Shown here piece after piece: positions 63,306 through 64,000 of a stretch of 64,000 bases of DNA. This DNA is from Acidobacteriota bacterium (GTDB lineage Bacteria > Acidobacteriota > Vicinamibacteria > Fen-336), in assembly GCA_022340585.1 (NCBI GenBank), contig JAJDNS010000037.1, forward strand, positions 4,834-68,833, written 5' to 3'. Within the stretch, counting starts at the first letter, position 1; each line of letters opens with the position of its first letter. Made by a program: the position numbers and the translations under genes. The notes beneath the pieces are model-generated. The model was not told where the DNA came from. It saw only the letters and a list, made by a program, of their open reading frames with translations, and made no database searches.

Positions 63306-64000
63306 GGATCCGCTCCACGAGGTCGGAGGCGCTCGCGTCTGCCTCGACCTCCTGTACTCCGGGCCAGCGCCGGGCCTCGGCCCGTTCCGCGGTCTCGGTG
63401 CCCACGCACCAGACGGCGGCGGCGCTTCTCCACTCCAGGCTGTCCCGCTCCCCGTCCAGCGCCTCCACGTCCTCCCGGGTGCGCATCACGCAGCCGGTGA
63501 GGGGAAGCGCCCGCATCACGATCCGGGCCGCCGGCGTGATCGGGCGGGGGACCGGGATCACCTCGGCTCCTGCCTCCTCGAGCGCCCCCACCACCTCTCC
63601 GGCGGAAGCGGGCACGACGAGACGCTCCCGTCCCAGGGGCTGCTCGCTCACCCAGTCCAGACGCCGGGCATGCTCGACGGAGGGGCCAATGACGAAGAGC
63701 CCCGGTGGCCCGAGGCCCGCCCTGGCCACGGCGTCGGGGAGGCCGGCGAGGGTCGAGACCACCGACCTCTGGGCGGCGGTGCTCCCGTGCTGCACCATCG
63801 CCGCTGGCGTCGTCGGCGACATCCCGCTCCGCAGGAGCTCGGAGACGACGTGGGGGAGTGCGGTCACCCCCATGTACCCGACGATGGTGGCGTGGGGGTC
63901 CTGGGCCATCAGGTCCCAGCGGACCTGAGGGCCGTCTCGCTTGATGCTCTCGTGGGCGGTGACGAGAGTGAGTCGCACGGCCTCTCCGCGGTGGGTCACC
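63283..64000 (-). CDS. uroporphyrinogen-III C-methyltransferase C-terminal end fused to uroporphyrinogen-III synthase (CobA/HemD), 5' partial at window edge
   Basis: HATIVGYMGV...LFVIGPSVE matches the C-terminus of SAM-dependent uroporphyrinogen methyltransferases. It is followed by a HemD-like domain (LVVPASAGEVVGALEEAGAEVIPVP). The ORF runs off the window end. Confidence 0.68.
   Translation of the reverse strand, partial: VTHRGEAVRLTLVTAHESIKRDGPQVRWDLMAQDPHATIVGYMGVTALPHVVSELLRSGMSPTTPAAMVQHGSTAAQRSVVSTLAGLPDAVARAGLGPPGLFVIGPSVEHARRLDWVSEQPLGRERLVVPASAGEVVGALEEAGAEVIPVPRPITPAARIVMRALPLTGCVMRTREDVEALDGERDSLEWRSAAAVWCVGTETAERAEARRWPGVQEVEADASASDLVERIRARTTTP

Noticed and set aside
1-64000. 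CRISPR arrays, IS elements, integrases, transposases, toxin-antitoxin pairs
   Set aside because: Looked for regularly spaced direct repeats and for transposase/integrase-like products on both strands and found none. The tRNA-like pair at 44.3–45.1 kb is the only feature reminiscent of an integration hotspot, and no integrase accompanies it.

Overview
This is a high-GC (about 70%) bacterial chromosomal window, densely coding on both strands with no recognisable mobile elements or CRISPR arrays. An Acidobacteria-type VWA protein, abundant Ser/Thr-kinase, FHA, sigma-54 and DUF4388 signalling genes, and an hpnCDE squalene module point to an Acidobacteriota- or Myxococcota-like soil lineage.

Housekeeping content includes gcvPB (partial at the 5' edge), rarA, a TrmH-family methyltransferase, greA, a bifunctional homocysteine methyltransferase/MTHFR, lpxD, a bactofilin, deoC, uvrB, hpnC/hpnD/hpnE, a tandem ThyX-like protein, an Nramp transporter and a translationally coupled minus-strand cluster (mutM, infA, HAD hydrolase, HtrA-like protein, def, rarD). 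It also includes an NrtR regulator followed by nadA-nadB-nadC with two clear palindromic operators, two tRNA-like genes flanking a small RNase-H-like (DUF458) gene, an arylsulfatase and a partial cobA/hemD fusion at the 3' edge.

The most unusual feature is the 54.4–59.3 kb cluster. A NarI/HdrE-like membrane cytochrome b sits next to an HdrD/GlpC-like Fe-S/CCG-domain protein that is fused through a Pro/Ala linker to a complete response-regulator receiver domain. Downstream are a histidine kinase with two PAS domains that each carry a 4-Cys motif, and two single-domain receivers. A sigma-54 activator, a HAMP histidine kinase and a PhnD-like binding protein sit divergently. This looks like an undescribed system coupling a quinone/thiol redox module to two-component signalling.

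Other notable observations: several apparent pseudo-enzymes (a UvrC N-terminal paralog with a degenerate GIY-YIG motif, an HtrA-like protein with the catalytic Ser replaced by Ala, a patatin-like protein lacking GxSxG, a degenerate first ThyX domain, a degenerate GGDEF domain); two genes without canonical start codons (possible CTG initiation); tRNA-like elements with irregular acceptor stems; and several well-formed operator-like palindromes.

Coordinates of internal starts were derived by counting residues within the supplied ORF track and may be off by a few nucleotides.
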